The notes: a model not told the origin generated them from the sequence alone. A stretch of 63,902 bases of DNA, filler included, from Pirum gemmata (GCA_002812295.1; 16 parts of 16 records of this genome joined end to end with filler, not necessarily neighbours in it); one strand, 5' to 3'. Shown: positions 37,596 through 51,826, numbered from the whole stretch's first letter. Translations and numbers: made by a program.

Positions 37596-38206
37596 TTCTT
37601 CTTATAATAATACAAGAATGCGCAATAGGTAACGTGCAAGTCCTATTTTTTTACAGATTTTCTTAGTGCGTATGGAGAAGAAATTTAAACTTCTTATCAA
37701 CTTAAACTTGGCCCTAAATTTTGTATACATCAACTATCATGAATTCATGATAATAATATTATAAACCAGGTTCATATTTCCGGCTAATAATACTAGACTA
37801 GCTAGCTAGCTAGCTAGTAGTCTTACTCGATACTCGCTAGCTAGCTAGAAATCTCGGTCCGAAGAAATTTAGCCTCATCACGAGCTTATTGAAATTACGA
37901 TTCGGATTCGAAAATTATCGATTTCGGATCCATATTCATATTTGTTTACAAAAAATGGGAAGATTGAAAAAGAAAAACTTTTAAATTTTTTTGAACAGGG
38001 TCTTCAGAATATTTATTTACTATATTTGAAGTTTTTCGAGCTAGTAAAGCTTTTTTTTGACTGCCCATGCATACAGACAAACAAACTTTCGAACTCAATT
38101 TTGGGCTGACATGGTCTTGTTACATAGCAAGATTTTGTTCGATCTCAGCACACAATCTGAAGTTTTTCCCGCTAGAAGTTTTTCCTAATAACTAGTAGCT
38201 AGCTAG

Positions 38207-38335
38207 TACGTAACGCCAATTTCCAGTCAAGTACTGCTTCAAATACCCCTACCTACCTACCCCTTGACGTTAATTTCCGGTCAAATACCGCCTACCTACC
38301 TACCCCTTGACGTGAAGTATTATTTGAACGCTCCC
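38207..38335 (+). mobile_element. MITE family C, 5'-truncated
   Basis: TACGTAACGCCAATTTCCAGTC...TTTGAACGCTCCC. Confidence 0.8.
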
Positions 38336-38897
38336 TAGCTAGCTAGCTACTACTAGCTAGCTAGCTGCTACTAAGAGAGGAAGTTGGCTAGTTTTTCCTT
38401 GCTAGTTTTTCCTTGCTAGTTTTTCCTTGCTAGTTTTTCCCTCTTTTTTTTTGATTTTTTTCCTTTTTCATTTTTGTTTTGTTTTTTGGTTTTTGACACA
38501 GTTTTGGGCACCCAAGTTTTGGCTAGCCTTTGGCTTTCACAACTTTCATGGCACAAGTTTTGGTGTTTTGGGGCACTCTTGAATTTTTGTTCTAGCGATT
38601 TTTTGGGGTGGATTTATTTGTTATTCGTCCATTTTTTTTTTTTTTTTACAAGCTCGATTGTTTGAAAGAATAACATTAATTATAAAAGTTGTAATAGAGT
38701 AATCTAAATTAAAACGAGCCTAGCTTTTTTTTTATAAAAAAAAGAAAATCCAAAATAATGATAATAATATCGTGATGATAATTATAATAATAATAGAGAA
38801 GGTGATAAAAACTACATCAGATAAGTTATCGTGTTTATATAAATAAAATTTAATATAAATAAACGTTATTTACTGTCAGATACTAAGTCATAATCGA

Positions 38898-38933
<36 letters not shown>

Positions 38934-39860
38934 GTTATTGCTTTATTGTTATGCATTTTATGTAAAAGGACTGAAAGTTTCATCCTGATTTATTATTATT
39001 NNNNNNNNNNNNNNNNNNNNNNNNNNNNNNNNNNNNNNNNNNNNTTAATTAATTAANNNNNNNNNNNNNNNNNNNNNNNNNNNNNNNNNNNNNNNNNNNN
39101 AAAAATAGACTCAAAAAAATAGACTAACCATGAGTGAGTCTATTTACGCTGTTAAAAATACACTAAAAAATAAAAAAATATCATAAATAATTATTAAAAA
39201 AAAAATTTCCATGAATTTTCATTGGCCAATGAGATAAAAAGTACACTTAAAAGCTACCAATTAAGGTAAAATTTAAGATTAAAACTACCTGTATATAAAT
39301 TTATTAATAAAAGTATAACAAAAAAAGGCGTCTAAATACTACCTGTATACGAAAATAGAAAATATAAAGGCACAACTTGTCGATATAAAATAATGATATC
39401 ATATACTTGTTATCAAATAGACGGGTCTAGCGAGTAGCGACTCATAGATGTAATTATATTGTTGTTGTTGTTGTTGTTTTAATTATTATTATTATTATTT
39501 TATATTATAAATTATAATTATAACCATTATAATTATAACCATTATAATTAGTAATTATGTATCATCTTGTTCTTATTGTTCATTTTTTTATTGACATTGT
39601 TTTAAAGCTATTTATCACTGTTTGTCATTGCTAGTAATATATATTATTATATTATACATAATAATTAATTAATACTAGAATTTTTTTTAAAAACTAATTT
39701 TTACTAGTATCAGTCTAGTATCATAGTATTTTATTTAGGTCTAGAATTTGATTCGCATGAAACACATAAATAAAATTTTATCCCATTTTTACCAAAAACA
39801 TTATTATCTGAAATTTCAGGATCACAGTATGTCTTTTTCTTGTCAATTCCATAGTTTACA

Positions 39861-40168
39861 TTTGTTTTTCATTTGTTAATTAATAGTAATATATAGTTAT
39901 TACTTTTCTTTCTCTTTTAAAATTGTTAACTGAAGAATTACTTTAATTAATTAATAAGAGTTTTGAACATTGTGCCTTTTGTGGAATATTAGATCATCCA
40001 TACTTTATTGTTAATTAATATGATAGTACTTTAGGGGATAATTTGGCTAGATGATCTAATATTCCACAAAAGACACAATTAATGTTCAAAACTTTAAAGT
40101 TTGAAATTTTAAAAGAGAAAGAAAAATAATGACTATTTTACTATTATTATAACAAAATGAAAAACAAA
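39861..40168. repeat. Long imperfect fold-back (arms about 120-140 bp, loop about 50 nt)
   Basis: TTTGTTTTTCATTTGTT...GTGGAATATTAGATCATC pairs with GATGATCTAATATTCCAC...AACAAAATGAAAAACAAA. Confidence 0.85.
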
Positions 40169-41686
40169 GTAATGGTATTAGAAAACAATTCTTGTGGTAT
40201 GACTTGTTATAAATGGATATACAATATTATACAAAAAGTTGAAGCCTGACAGGTTTGCCAGTTTATATTTTCATTTTATTATTATTTCCTTTTTCTTTTT
40301 TTTTTTTTTGGTGGCTACAACTACTTTGTATTTACTTACCATATGCTGCTGTTGTATCATTGATACTATTCAAGAAGTGCTATACATGTTGCACTATAAC
40401 TTAGTCTATAAGGTAAAGTATGTATGCCATTGGTAACTTGAAAACCAGAAATAAAACATTTAATTTCGACAGGTAGAAGTAACGTTTGATAACTTAAATC
40501 CCAATGATAAAAAAAAGGGGGTCTTGGTAATCTAGAAATGTTGTTCCCAAGTATTAAAGCTCAAAAAAGTTAACGAGCGATAATTGTCAAACACGGTATC
40601 AGAGAGTGTTTGGATATTTGTTCCGTCCAAACGCAACAAGTTTTACATTCTGCCGAAAAAATCCGTACTATGATTTTTGACCAAGACTGAGTTTTCAATT
40701 ACAAAAGCTAAAGAACAAATTTGACAATTATTGGTTCGACTTTCAGCAAGGAGTTGCTTTCAGTGATATTTAAAACTATCGCCAAACCAACTATCAATAC
40801 TCTATCAATATACAGACAACGGAACATTCCAGTTAGCGAATTCGTGGCGTAATCAAACAGATGTATAAATGTTGTCGTTACAGGAAAACGCTTCCGATAT
40901 GGCCAAGGAGTTCAAGAAAATGAACTCCTTGGATATGGTACTCCGATAATAATATGTGTGTGATCACTTACTTTACAGAGTCGGTAATCGGTATCACTAA
41001 CCCTAACCCTAACCCTAACCCTAACCCTAACTACTATGATAAAGGGTCTGGGCTCTAACTAGAGCTAACTAGCTAGCCTAGCTAGCTATTTTATTATATA
41101 TCATAACCCTAACAGATCATAGCTAGCTAGTAGTAGACAAAAAAAAGTCTACACGGGTGATAAACATTAGCGTAGTTATATAACATGAGGGGCAACCTAG
41201 GGCACTATTTTTCCAAATCGTTACGTCATAAGGGGTAGGTAGTCCTTCTCAAACGTGATAGCCGTTACATGGGGGTAGTAGGGTAGGTTTTTGTCCCAAA
41301 TCGGCGTTACGTAATTATTGAACGCTCCCTAACAAACGGCTATGATATGAAAAAAAAAACGCGCTTTTTTCTTGGTGGTGAAACTGGTGGGGCCAGTGGT
41401 GGCTAGTCTATTGGGCAGTCTATTGGCGGTGGAGTTGTTTTATCAATAGACCCTCTCTCTATATATAAGATATATAAAAGCGATCAACCCTATATTAAAA
41501 TCACAACTACTATCACAGATATCGATACTACCACTTTTATTACCGCTACTACTTACAGTCTACTTACAACCACTACCACTCATCACCCTCAGCCCCACCC
41601 CACCACCACCACTATTACTACTATAACTACTCTACTACTACTACTACTCTACACTACTAATATTACTACTACTATTCTACTACTAC

Positions 41687-41729
<43 letters not shown>

Positions 41730-42420
41730 TTTATTATTTTTATTATTATTTCTATTATTATTATTATTATTTATTATTATTACTGCTATAGTGACTGCCA
41801 CTAAATCACTTTTGTTGCTATTCTTGCATTTATCTTTAATACTTAGAATTTTAGTGTAACTTTGGTTGAATAAAGATAGGCAGACATGTAAAGTCTTTAA
41901 AATAAATATTATTCACCATTAAGAACATGAAAAGACAATACATTGCTGACAATGATGGGGCGAGTAACAGTGATAGTAAAGGTATATATATATAAATTCG
42001 TGTATCACTATTATTCATTATTATTATCCTCCTTAAGCTTTCTTTAACATCTTTACCGTTGTACCAATGTTTATGCTCATCGCCCGTCAAGGTACCATAA
42101 TTAATATTACCACTATTATGATTATTTTCTTTCCCTATATTATTACTATTCTATTTCATCCTTTCACTTTTATAGATTCCCTTTTACTTTCTTTGTTGTG
42201 GTTTTTGTCACTGATTTTGTTGTGTTTGTTGCCACTGCTATTTTTATTTTTGTTCTTTGTGATTGTTGGAAAAAAGAATTTTCTTCAACTTGCACAAATG
42301 ATTCGAGGAAATATACCCCAAGTTCAAGTTTTCCCTTCGAATCGTCGGGTAGTGTTCGGTCAACATCAACAACACCTTTTGCTTCTGGTTCAGGCACGCT
42401 AGGCTCTGAGTTCATTTTTC

Positions 42421-42452
<32 letters not shown>

Positions 42453-43361
42453 NNNNNNNNNNNNNNNNNNNNNNNNNNNNNNNNNNNNNNNNNNNNTTAA
42501 TTAATTAANNNNNNNNNNNNNNNNNNNNNNNNNNNNNNNNNNNNNNNNNNNNGGATTCAAAGAAAAAAAAAACTTTTGAATTTAGACCACTATATATAAT
42601 ATATAATTTATTGATATTGGTGGTGGAAGTAGTGGATATAATAGTATCGTTCAAACATTTACTATCATTCATGTATATCTTGTTATCTAGAATGTTACAT
42701 ATATTTTACATATGCTGTTTTTGAAATTATTTCTCTCTTTTAAATATGTACGACCTGTAAAGTCAATGGATATAATATAATATTATATTTGTTTTAGATG
42801 CTAATTAAAATTACTATTGTATCATTATGTCACAGTTGTGTGATATAGTACTAGAGTAGTTATTGTAAATAACAATCAAGGTTAATTCATTATAAATAAA
42901 TATGGACAACTCCTGCAGGAGGGCAACTCCAGATAGTCTCCAGTCAAGTTATTATTTATAAATGATATATAGATAATATTATATATAATATATATCGATA
43001 AATAAATACCGACAACTCCGGACAGTCTCCAAACCTTCAATATATTATATAAGCTAGTAGCCCAATAACAATAATAACAACGTTAACAATAACCATATAT
43101 TATAGCCATAACCTAACCATATATAACCATAACCATAACCATAGCAATAAAAATAACAATAACAATAACAATAAATAACAATAAATAGCAATAAATAGCA
43201 ATAAGTGACATAATCCCAATGTCAATCACAACAACAACAACAACGTTAGCAATAACAATAACAATAACAATAACATTTTATAAAGAATAAGACAAAAAAA
43301 AAAACATAAAAAAATAGAAAAAATATAATCATATTAAATATTATTATCATATATATGCATA

Positions 43362-43507
43362 GGGAACGTTCAAATACTACGTAACGCCAATTTCCAGTCA
43401 AATACTGCTTCAAATACCCCCTACGTACCTACCCTTTGACGTTAATTTCCGGTCAAATATCACCCACCTACCTACCTCTTGATGTGACGTATCATTTGAA
43501 CACTCCC
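43362..43507 (+). mobile_element. MITE family C, complete copy with ATA/ATA 3-bp flanks
   Basis: ATA-GGGAACGTTCAAATA...ATTTGAACACTCCC-ATA. Confidence 0.85.
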
Positions 43508-44005
43508 ATAGCTGAAAAAAAAAAAAAAATACTCCAAAGACTATGTTCCTTACAGATGTTCCTCCACAGTCCACAGTGACTCCACACACGCACACACACA
43601 CATAAATCGACATATCATACTTCAAAGACTCCATGAAATTTGCAGATGAAATTTGTTTTTTCATTGCATACTTCGACATCATAGCCTACTCTACCGGTAA
43701 TAAAAGTTATCGATAGGGTAGTTAGTTTTTTTTTTTTAGATTATGCTGTAGGAACTTATTATATATAGAAACAAACAAACAAAAGTTGAACAAACGCAGA
43801 AGCAAACAAACAAACAAACAAAAAAGGCTTATCATTATTATATTTTTTAAAAATAATATTAACTATCATATAGAAAAAAAGGTTTTTTTCGAGAAAACTA
43901 CCAACTATCCCATATTCTGATAAAAAAGGATGAAAGTGAGATAGACTAAACCCTAGCTAGCTAGTAGCTACTAGTAGCTACTAGAGTAGTCTAGTCTAGT
44001 AGTAG

Positions 44006-44240
44006 TAGGAGGGATGACATCCCCTTTGGCAGAAATTTGGAGATAGGTTACAAAAGGAATTGAGATGGCAAAAATTATTACTTAAAATAGATATTTATAT
44101 CCTTAAAATAGTAGTTTGCTATATTAAGTATTACTATAAATAGTTATTAGTTAACTTTTTATAGTAATTTAAGTCAAATTTTCAAATTTTGCCGTACCCT
44201 AGGTTGGTATTAGTATTATGACGTCATGTCATCCCTCCTG
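44006..44240. mobile_element. Putative MITE with 14-bp perfect TIR AGGAGGGATGACAT / ATGTCATCCCTCCT
   Basis: TIR seen directly; no TSD recognised; single copy in this window. Confidence 0.55.
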
Positions 44241-44287
44241 TCTAACCGCTTTACAAAGTTTACATAATATCAAGTACATAATGTATA

Positions 44288-44446
44288 GCACTTTTCAGTT
44301 ATTTTGCCATCATAAAATATACAATAGATAATACCAAATTAATATGATATAAATCCATTTTATTTAATTTGGTATGTTTTATTATTTATTTATTTATTTA
44401 AAAGTATCAATTTAATATTCGGAGTGACAAAATAAATGAAAAGCAC
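44288..44446 (+). mobile_element. MITE family A copy (others at 45276-45444, 46831-46990, 55247-55380, 58623-58748)
   Basis: Family A consensus and ends. Confidence 0.8.
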
Positions 44447-45055
44447 TATAATATAATGTGATGACGTCATTTTATTATTATCGAACAGCTGCCGGAACTT
44501 TTTCGATTTTATTGTTTTTATTACTATTAATGTTAATGGTATCACTTTACTTGGTATCTACTATAATTACATTTACTATTTTAAGCTATTTAAAAAATTA
44601 TTAGTAAGAAGCACGGAACTAAAGTTGGCTCGATAAGCATCTGTTCGAAAAAAGTTCCAGTAGATATCTCACCCCTACCTACTATTATACTCTTTTGAAT
44701 CGATCGTATACATTTTTTTTATTGGTTGAAAACGAACTTCTTTAACGTCAAATTCGTTAATATATAGTATTTACATATCCACCAATAATACGCTTTTATT
44801 CGTGATACTTTTATAACATTTTTTAACAAATAGACTTTGAAATAGTCGAATCAAAAACAATTTTGATTTTAGAAAATCCATAAATAGAAATAAATCAGAA
44901 TCTAAATAAAGTTTTTCTATTTTAGGAAAAAAAAATAGGGAAGGAAATGGGGAATATTCATAAAGGAGTCTGACTGTGACATCACTTATTCTTTGATAGA
45001 AGTCATTGCTAGAAGGGGTAGACCTAAGGCTACAATGGGGGGTCATAATAATATA

Positions 45056-45239
45056 CCGTCTATTTCATTACAGTTGTTCTCTCAATCTTTAATTTGGTAC
45101 CTTTTAAGTATATAATTGAACTGTTTTATAAAATGCAACATTAAGTATAAAATACCAAATTAACCAAAACATGTCCGATAGTTTAACCATAATAATAATT
45201 TGGTAAGTTTATTTCAGTTTTTGAACTGGACAGCACTAT
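45056..45239 (+). mobile_element. Family B, apparently complete copy
   Basis: CCGTCTATTTCATTACAGTTG...GAACTGGACAGCACTAT. Confidence 0.75.
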
Positions 45240-46056
45240 TGAAAAACACGATAATCATATCATATCATATATCATTGTATTTATTTTTGTCACACTAAAT
45301 ATTTATTTGGAGGGTTATAATATTTAAATTGACACTTTTAAANATAATAAAATATACCAAATTAAATTAAATGGATTTATATTGTATTAATTTGGTACTA
45401 TTTATTGTATATTTAATTAAGATGATAAAACAACTGAAAAGCATTATACATAATTATAGACACTTTCTGTGACAAAGGTGTCTATTGTGTTTTTTTATTT
45501 TTATACATAGATCGATTTAGAGCATTAGCAAAGTCGTCCATATGAAAATTTCGAATTTTGGATGAAATTAGGCGTCTCTGTCAGCAAAAACCTATGTCTT
45601 CGAAAACAGATGTCGAAAATGAAAAAAAACTAAAAAAAACTACATCGAGCCAAAAAAACATCCTAAAGTGACATTCTGGCAACAAAATATAAATGTTTAT
45701 AGAATGGGTAATGATTATGCTATGAAGAAAATTCAATTACAAAGTTTGCTTGTTTTTTAAGCTCTAGATTAGCTTTTTTAAAAATTAATTGGTTTATTTT
45801 TCTTTAAATAAGAAAAGTCACATGATGCATAAACATCAAGTTACTAGTTAATTAGCTGTAGCAGTTCTTTGCTAAGTTGCTAACTCTCTTTATAAATAAA
45901 TAAATAAATAAATNNNNNNNNNNNNNNNNNNNNNNNNNNNNNNNNNNNNNNNNNNNNTTAATTAATTAANNNNNNNNNNNNNNNNNNNNNNNNNNNNNNN
46001 NNNNNNNNNNNNNTTAAAAAAAAAAAAAAAAAGTTCCTGTTTTCCTTTATAAAAAA

Positions 46057-46770
46057 AGGAGGAGCAGTAGATTACAGTTATAAAGTTAAATTAAAAAGCT
46101 GTGTTTTGTTGATTTGTTTCATAATTCTTTGGTATGGGTTAATGATTTGTCTGTCAGTTGGGTACGTACCATATTATATATTATAGTCTATGATGAGTAA
46201 TTGTATTATTCTTTTGTTGTAGAAATTTTTGTTTTGAACCTTTGTTCCTAGAATTTTAAAGCGTCGTATCGTTGTTGTGGATATTGTTGGAGTTATCATC
46301 TATATTTGGGTTAATATGTAATATTTTTTTGATGTATGTTATACATTCTAATCTAGCCTTACAGTTTTGTCTATGTTCAAAAATGTGTAGTTTGACTTCT
46401 GGTGGAAATTCTTTGGAACAATTAATATTGGCATTTAAAAGGTTGGGGTTTCGACATCCACTGCCTTGTTGGTTTTCTTTGGGTTAGTATCCATATGTGA
46501 CTTTTTAGTATTTTCGATATTCTTTTTGTATTGATTCTTCTATTTTTAATTGTTTTTTCCCATTCATTTTCTTCTATATTCCATAGGTTGCTTAATTAAG
46601 TTGTTATCATTAAAGTTTTTTGTTTTGGGATTCTCTTCTATTTGTTTTGAATTTATACTACTGTTTGTCATGATCAATTGTAGATTCCAACTATTTGGAG
46701 GTATTATAATTATTTGGCTTAGACTTGGAGCATATTTCTATTAATATTTTTGTTATTTCTTTACACCAGT
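46057..46770 (-). mobile_element. Degenerate 3' end of a probable non-LTR retrotransposon ORF2
   Basis: Broken minus-strand frames give KSHIWIL..., PFKCQY... and IIWYVPN. Homologous to 58775-59590 and sharing the GGAGGAGCAGTAG end. Confidence 0.45.
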
Positions 46771-48387
46771 CTCTAGCTAGCTAGGCTACATACAGGCATT
46801 ACATACAGGGCTGATAGTCTTAGAATTATCGTGCTTTTCAGTTGTTTTGTCATTATAAAATATAAAATAAAGAATACCAAATTAATACAAAATAAATCCA
46901 TTTCATTTTATTTGTTCATTTAAAAATGTCGATTTCAATATTATAACCAACCAAATAAATATTCAGAGTGACAAAATAAATGAAAAGCACAATATTATTA
47001 TTATTTAACAACCAAGCCAGATAAAACTGCTAGGATGTAACTGTAAAAATCTTTTTTTGTTTTTTAGACTTTTCTAAAAATCTTTAATGCTAACTGGCCA
47101 AGTTATTTTTAAAACCTAACTATTGGTTCTAAACAGAGTTTTTTAGTTAGATAATTTTGGTAGTACTTTCATTAAAATTGGATCCTTTGGAGGTTTTTTG
47201 ATCCGGCTTGGTAGTTTTTTTTTTTTTATTATTATTATTCATATCAATTTCAAGGAAANGATGTACCAAGTATGTACCATTAAATTAGTAGCAAAAAAAA
47301 TTAAATCTACAATACAATAAAAATTGTTGAATCCCCCCCACCCTTTTTTTAAAAAAGCAACGCATCAGATAATATTGTGATACCAACCCAAAAAGCCAAC
47401 ATGACAATGGTCATCAATCTTCCCCCTCTTTCCACTTGAAGAAGATGAACAACAAAATTTAATATATAATATTATATTAAAATATGATATGCAATCAAAA
47501 AAGGATTTGAAATATCAAGAAGCTTTACTGTACAATTTTACTTACTAATGATTACAACTTAATTTATATTATACTAATACTTGGTACGAGTTATAAAAAC
47601 AAATACCATTAATTAAGTTATATTATATCATATTATACTATAGTATACCTTTTAAATAAATTAGAATATCACAACGAAATTAATGGCAAAAAAAACCCCA
47701 GAGATAATCTAATTATCATCTTAAAAATTATTAATTGAAGAAATGAAATAAAAAACAATCGAAGAATCTAATACTATATTTTTTACAATTGATTAATAAC
47801 TGCAACAAGATAAAATGATTAACTAAATTTATTTGATAAAAAATAACTGTAGCCGGCACCAAAAATAATAATACCATTACCCCCACCCCCCCACCACCAC
47901 CAAATCAATTACAACAACACCACCATTATCATCAAACATCACTTCCACCACCACCACCAAAAGCAACGTCACCAAACATCGCTATCATCACTATCACCAC
48001 CAAAATTAACGTCATCACTATCTACCACCCCCCCACGAAGCTACAGTAGCTGGTAGTGAAAACATTGTGGGAAACCATTGTGCGAAACAATGTCAAAATA
48101 GTGCCAAAATCATGTCAAATTCCAGTCTTTAGCTATCATCGCTACTGCCAGTAGAGGATAAAAATCGAAATAAATTATCAATTATAAAATTCGAAAAAAA
48201 AAAAAAANNNNNNNNNNNNNNNNNNNNNNNNNNNNNNNNNNNNNNNNNNNNNNNNNNNNNNNNNNNNNNNNNNNNNNNNNNNNNNNNNNNNNNNNNNNNN
48301 NNNNNNNNNNNNNNNNNNNNNNNNNNNNNNNNNNNNNNNNNNNNNNNNNNNNNNNNNNNNNNNNNNNNNTCATCATCATCATCATCA

Positions 48388-48780
48388 CTGATGCATACGA
48401 TGTGTACAAGCACCCCAGTAGTATGCCAGATAAACAATTACCTGCAAAGAGGTTTTTCAAATGTCTCGCTCGGCAAATGATGAAAAATCAACTTACTGAT
48501 CCTATTGCTGTAAGACGTGAAAGAAGAAGCAGTACTCTATGTGCAAATGAAGTTGAAACTGTTGATTCGACGCTTACTAACTAAAGCATATTTTGGACTT
48601 ATAGGGACAACTAGGAAAAACAACCGTGCTCATGTGGTTCAAAGGAGATGTAAATACCCTAATTGTCATTTTAAAAAGCTTCATATATCAATGCAGCAAT
48701 AATTATTGTACACTCACTTTTTGTATTGGTACTAAAAAATAAAAAAATGGTAGGAAATGTATAGAACTGCATAAATGCTC
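48388..48780 (+). mobile_element. piggyBac-like transposase C-terminal relic with cysteine-rich domain
   Basis: DAYDVYKH...KRFFKCLARQMM, then QRRCKYPNC...(frameshift)YQCSNNYCTLTFC...RKCIELH, with stops and frameshifts. Confidence 0.6.
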
Positions 48781-49049
48781 AGCGGAAACTCCTTTAACTC
48801 CTATTTGATATATGTTATATTAATACTTGCTATAATGTATTGTAATTAACTTATTTATAACTGTAACACTTTATTTGATAATAAAAAAATTTTTAAATAA
48901 ATAAAATAATAATAATAATGCTTCGAAAATATGAAAATTTACTCTTTTTGCTAGATTTTTAGTGCGCTAGACTAAGCTAGACTGACTATATTTTAAAATA
49001 ATTTTAAATCGAGTTACGTTTGATAATAGACCATTACAAGCTAGTCTAT

Positions 49050-49315
49050 ATCATCAGTAAAAAATATGAAGATGGAAAAATCTGAAGATAGAATTGAATC
49101 TAGAAGGGTATTTGTGTCAACTAAGACATCTAGATTGGTATTTTTAGACTTAAAAACCATCGTTTGAATCGATAGTTTTTTAATCCTTTATTTTGCTCAA
49201 AAAAAAAAGTGTATCTAGATGTCGATTAAAGAGTTTAAAATACCAATCCAGATGCCTTAGTTGACAAAAATACCCTTTAAAATTCAATTCCATCTTCAGA
49301 TTTTTTATTGGTAGT
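49050..49315. mobile_element. Family E, rearranged fold-back copy
   Basis: The left end of E is joined to a reverse-complemented E body, giving inverted arms of about 75-90 bp. Confidence 0.75.
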
Positions 49316-49346
49316 ATGATAGTAGTAGAGCCCTTATATGTAGTAG

Positions 49347-49485
49347 GGGAGCATTCAAATAATACGACACGTCAAGGGGTAGGTAGGTAGGTGGTATTTG
49401 ACCGGAAATAAACGTCGAGGGGAAGGTAGGCAGGGCTATTTGGACTACTATTTGACTGGAAGTATTTGAAGTTTTGAACGCCCCC
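49347..49485 (-). mobile_element. MITE family C copy, reverse orientation
   Basis: GGGAGCATTCAAATAATACG...TTTGAACGCCCCC. Confidence 0.8.
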
Positions 49486-51794
49486 CAGAACCACAGAGTC
49501 AGAGACCCAGACACCAGACGTGACTCAGCAGCGTCCTAGCAGCAGCGTCACTCTTATCTGATCCAAATTTGGATTTTACTTTTCACATCTGACTAATCAA
49601 TTGCAAGGAGTTTATTTTATATTTTTTAATTTTTTGAGCTCCTTCAAGTCTCCAACTAGATAGGAAGCCGTAACGCTTCAAATACCCTCCCTACCTACCT
49701 ACCCCTCGACGTTAATTTCTGGTCAAATACCACCTACCTACCTACCCTTTGACGTGACGTATTATGTGAACGCTCACATACAAGATAGACTCTCTAAGCT
49801 ACTAGCAGGTAGCTATGAATAGCTAGTAGTATCATACTTATTAGATAAAAATTAAAAGATCCTCCTACTACACTACGTATACAAGTTTACACGGTTACAC
49901 CACCTCCTCCCCAGAAGTGTTTATCTGTGATTATAATATTTTTTCACAGTATTTTCACTGTGTGAATAAAAAAAAATGACCGATTGAATGTTGTTTGAAT
50001 GTTCGATTTTTAATACTTACGTTTATACATTTGCCTGGTACATTTACCATTGTAAATGTTATTTATATTATTTAAAACTTACTTATTCACAACTCAATTT
50101 AATACTAGGTATTAATATTTTTTTTTTTTTTTTGATTGTTTTCTGTTATAAATAAGATTATAACAAATTCATGCTATATATTATTATTATATATAATATA
50201 TATAAATTTATATATTATTACTATATTTCATCTGCTATATTTACATTATATTAATTATGTTGAAAAAATTATTTTGATAATATTACACACTTACAAAATG
50301 CTTCAATGTTGGTGGTCATTGTGTGTCGTAACACTTATGTTGCTATAGATTTAGATTTCAATGTGCTTTTCGGCCACATTGTAACCATTCGTATTTTATC
50401 ATATACCAATAATACATCAATGTTTATTATATACATGGTTCGTGGTTAGCTTTGGTAAATATTTGCGTAACCTTCTCTCCCTGTTTATATATTTACATTT
50501 ATATAATATTGTACATAAACCCAGCTAGGTTATAGAATTAACCCCTCGATTGACTAACTAATAATTACCATCACATTCACATTAACCACCTGTACCTATC
50601 TAACTAGTACATTAATTAATATTATATTATATTATACATTTATACATCATACCATAATATTAAATACCTTGCTTAATATTATTTACAGTTCTCTGCATTG
50701 ATGCATGGGTTTACAAATTGCATATTATTGATGAACATGATACCAATTAATTTTACCAATTTTACCATTATCACTATCTATTTAACTTTAAAACCACCTT
50801 ACTTTCCTTTAATGATAACTTGTAAACATGTACAGAACCCGAAATAACGACCTTGTGCTCTATAACTAATTAATTATGCTTGAAATATTACTATTGTGTT
50901 TCGAGCTTATTTATTTAGTGAATTCGAACCGATTTTGTCTCAGCCAATCACACACTACATTAGTTATGATACACAAAGTGTCAAATCCTAATAAATAAAT
51001 ATGATAATAATAATAATAAATTTTAAAAATCAATCAAAGACTAGCTACTAGTAGTAGACCCAATATGATACCAGCCTCTGCACCTTCTGTTTTTGTTTGT
51101 TTGTTTGTTAAAATTCTAGGCACCTTTTTTTTTGTTATTAGCAGCATTAGGCACCATCTTTTGGTCTTTTGGTGAGCTGTATCAGATACTGAGAGTCTGA
51201 GATACCTCATTGACAGCTAAAAAGCTTATTAAAAGCTAGATGAAAAGGCTTTCTAAAGAAAGAAAGAAAGCGTTTATAAATTAGAGTGCGTTTAGTCTCC
51301 GCCTACTATCATACTATAGGTTAGTAGCTAGTAATTATACAAACATTTTTTTTGATTTTATAAATTTGTTAGTGAGAGAGAGGAAAGTAGTACACTAGAC
51401 TAGGTAGTAGGTAATGTGAGTAACTATATGCATACGAAAGAAAACTCCGTAATCCAAGGTTACTAACAAAACCAAATAGTATTATACTAAACACTAGTAA
51501 ACTAAGTGACCATTCCAACCACTTTGATAGTCTTAAAAAAGGTTACGTTAAAAAAATGGAAAAAAAAAAATGTAAAAATAGCTTTATAAATAATCAAGGA
51601 CTGCAAAAAAAATTTTGAAGTCCTTGAAATAATACTAGCTAGCTAGTCTATACTGTCTATTATCTATATAATATTCACTAGATAATATTCATTTNNNNNN
51701 NNNNNNNNNNNNNNNNNNNNNNNNNNNNNNNNNNNNNNTTAATTAATTAANNNNNNNNNNNNNNNNNNNNNNNNNNNNNNNNNNNNNNNNNNNN

Positions 51795-51826
<32 letters not shown>

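Noticed and set aside
40903..40932. 12-bp hairpin CCAAGGAGTTCA/TGAACTCCTTGG as a terminator
   Set aside because: Eukaryotic DNA, no U-tract and no upstream gene; at most a TE remnant.
41851..42415. Short minus-strand ORFs (81 and 79 aa) as a gene
   Set aside because: Some coding-like character, but no recognisable domain and no exon chain I could establish; lies at a contig edge.
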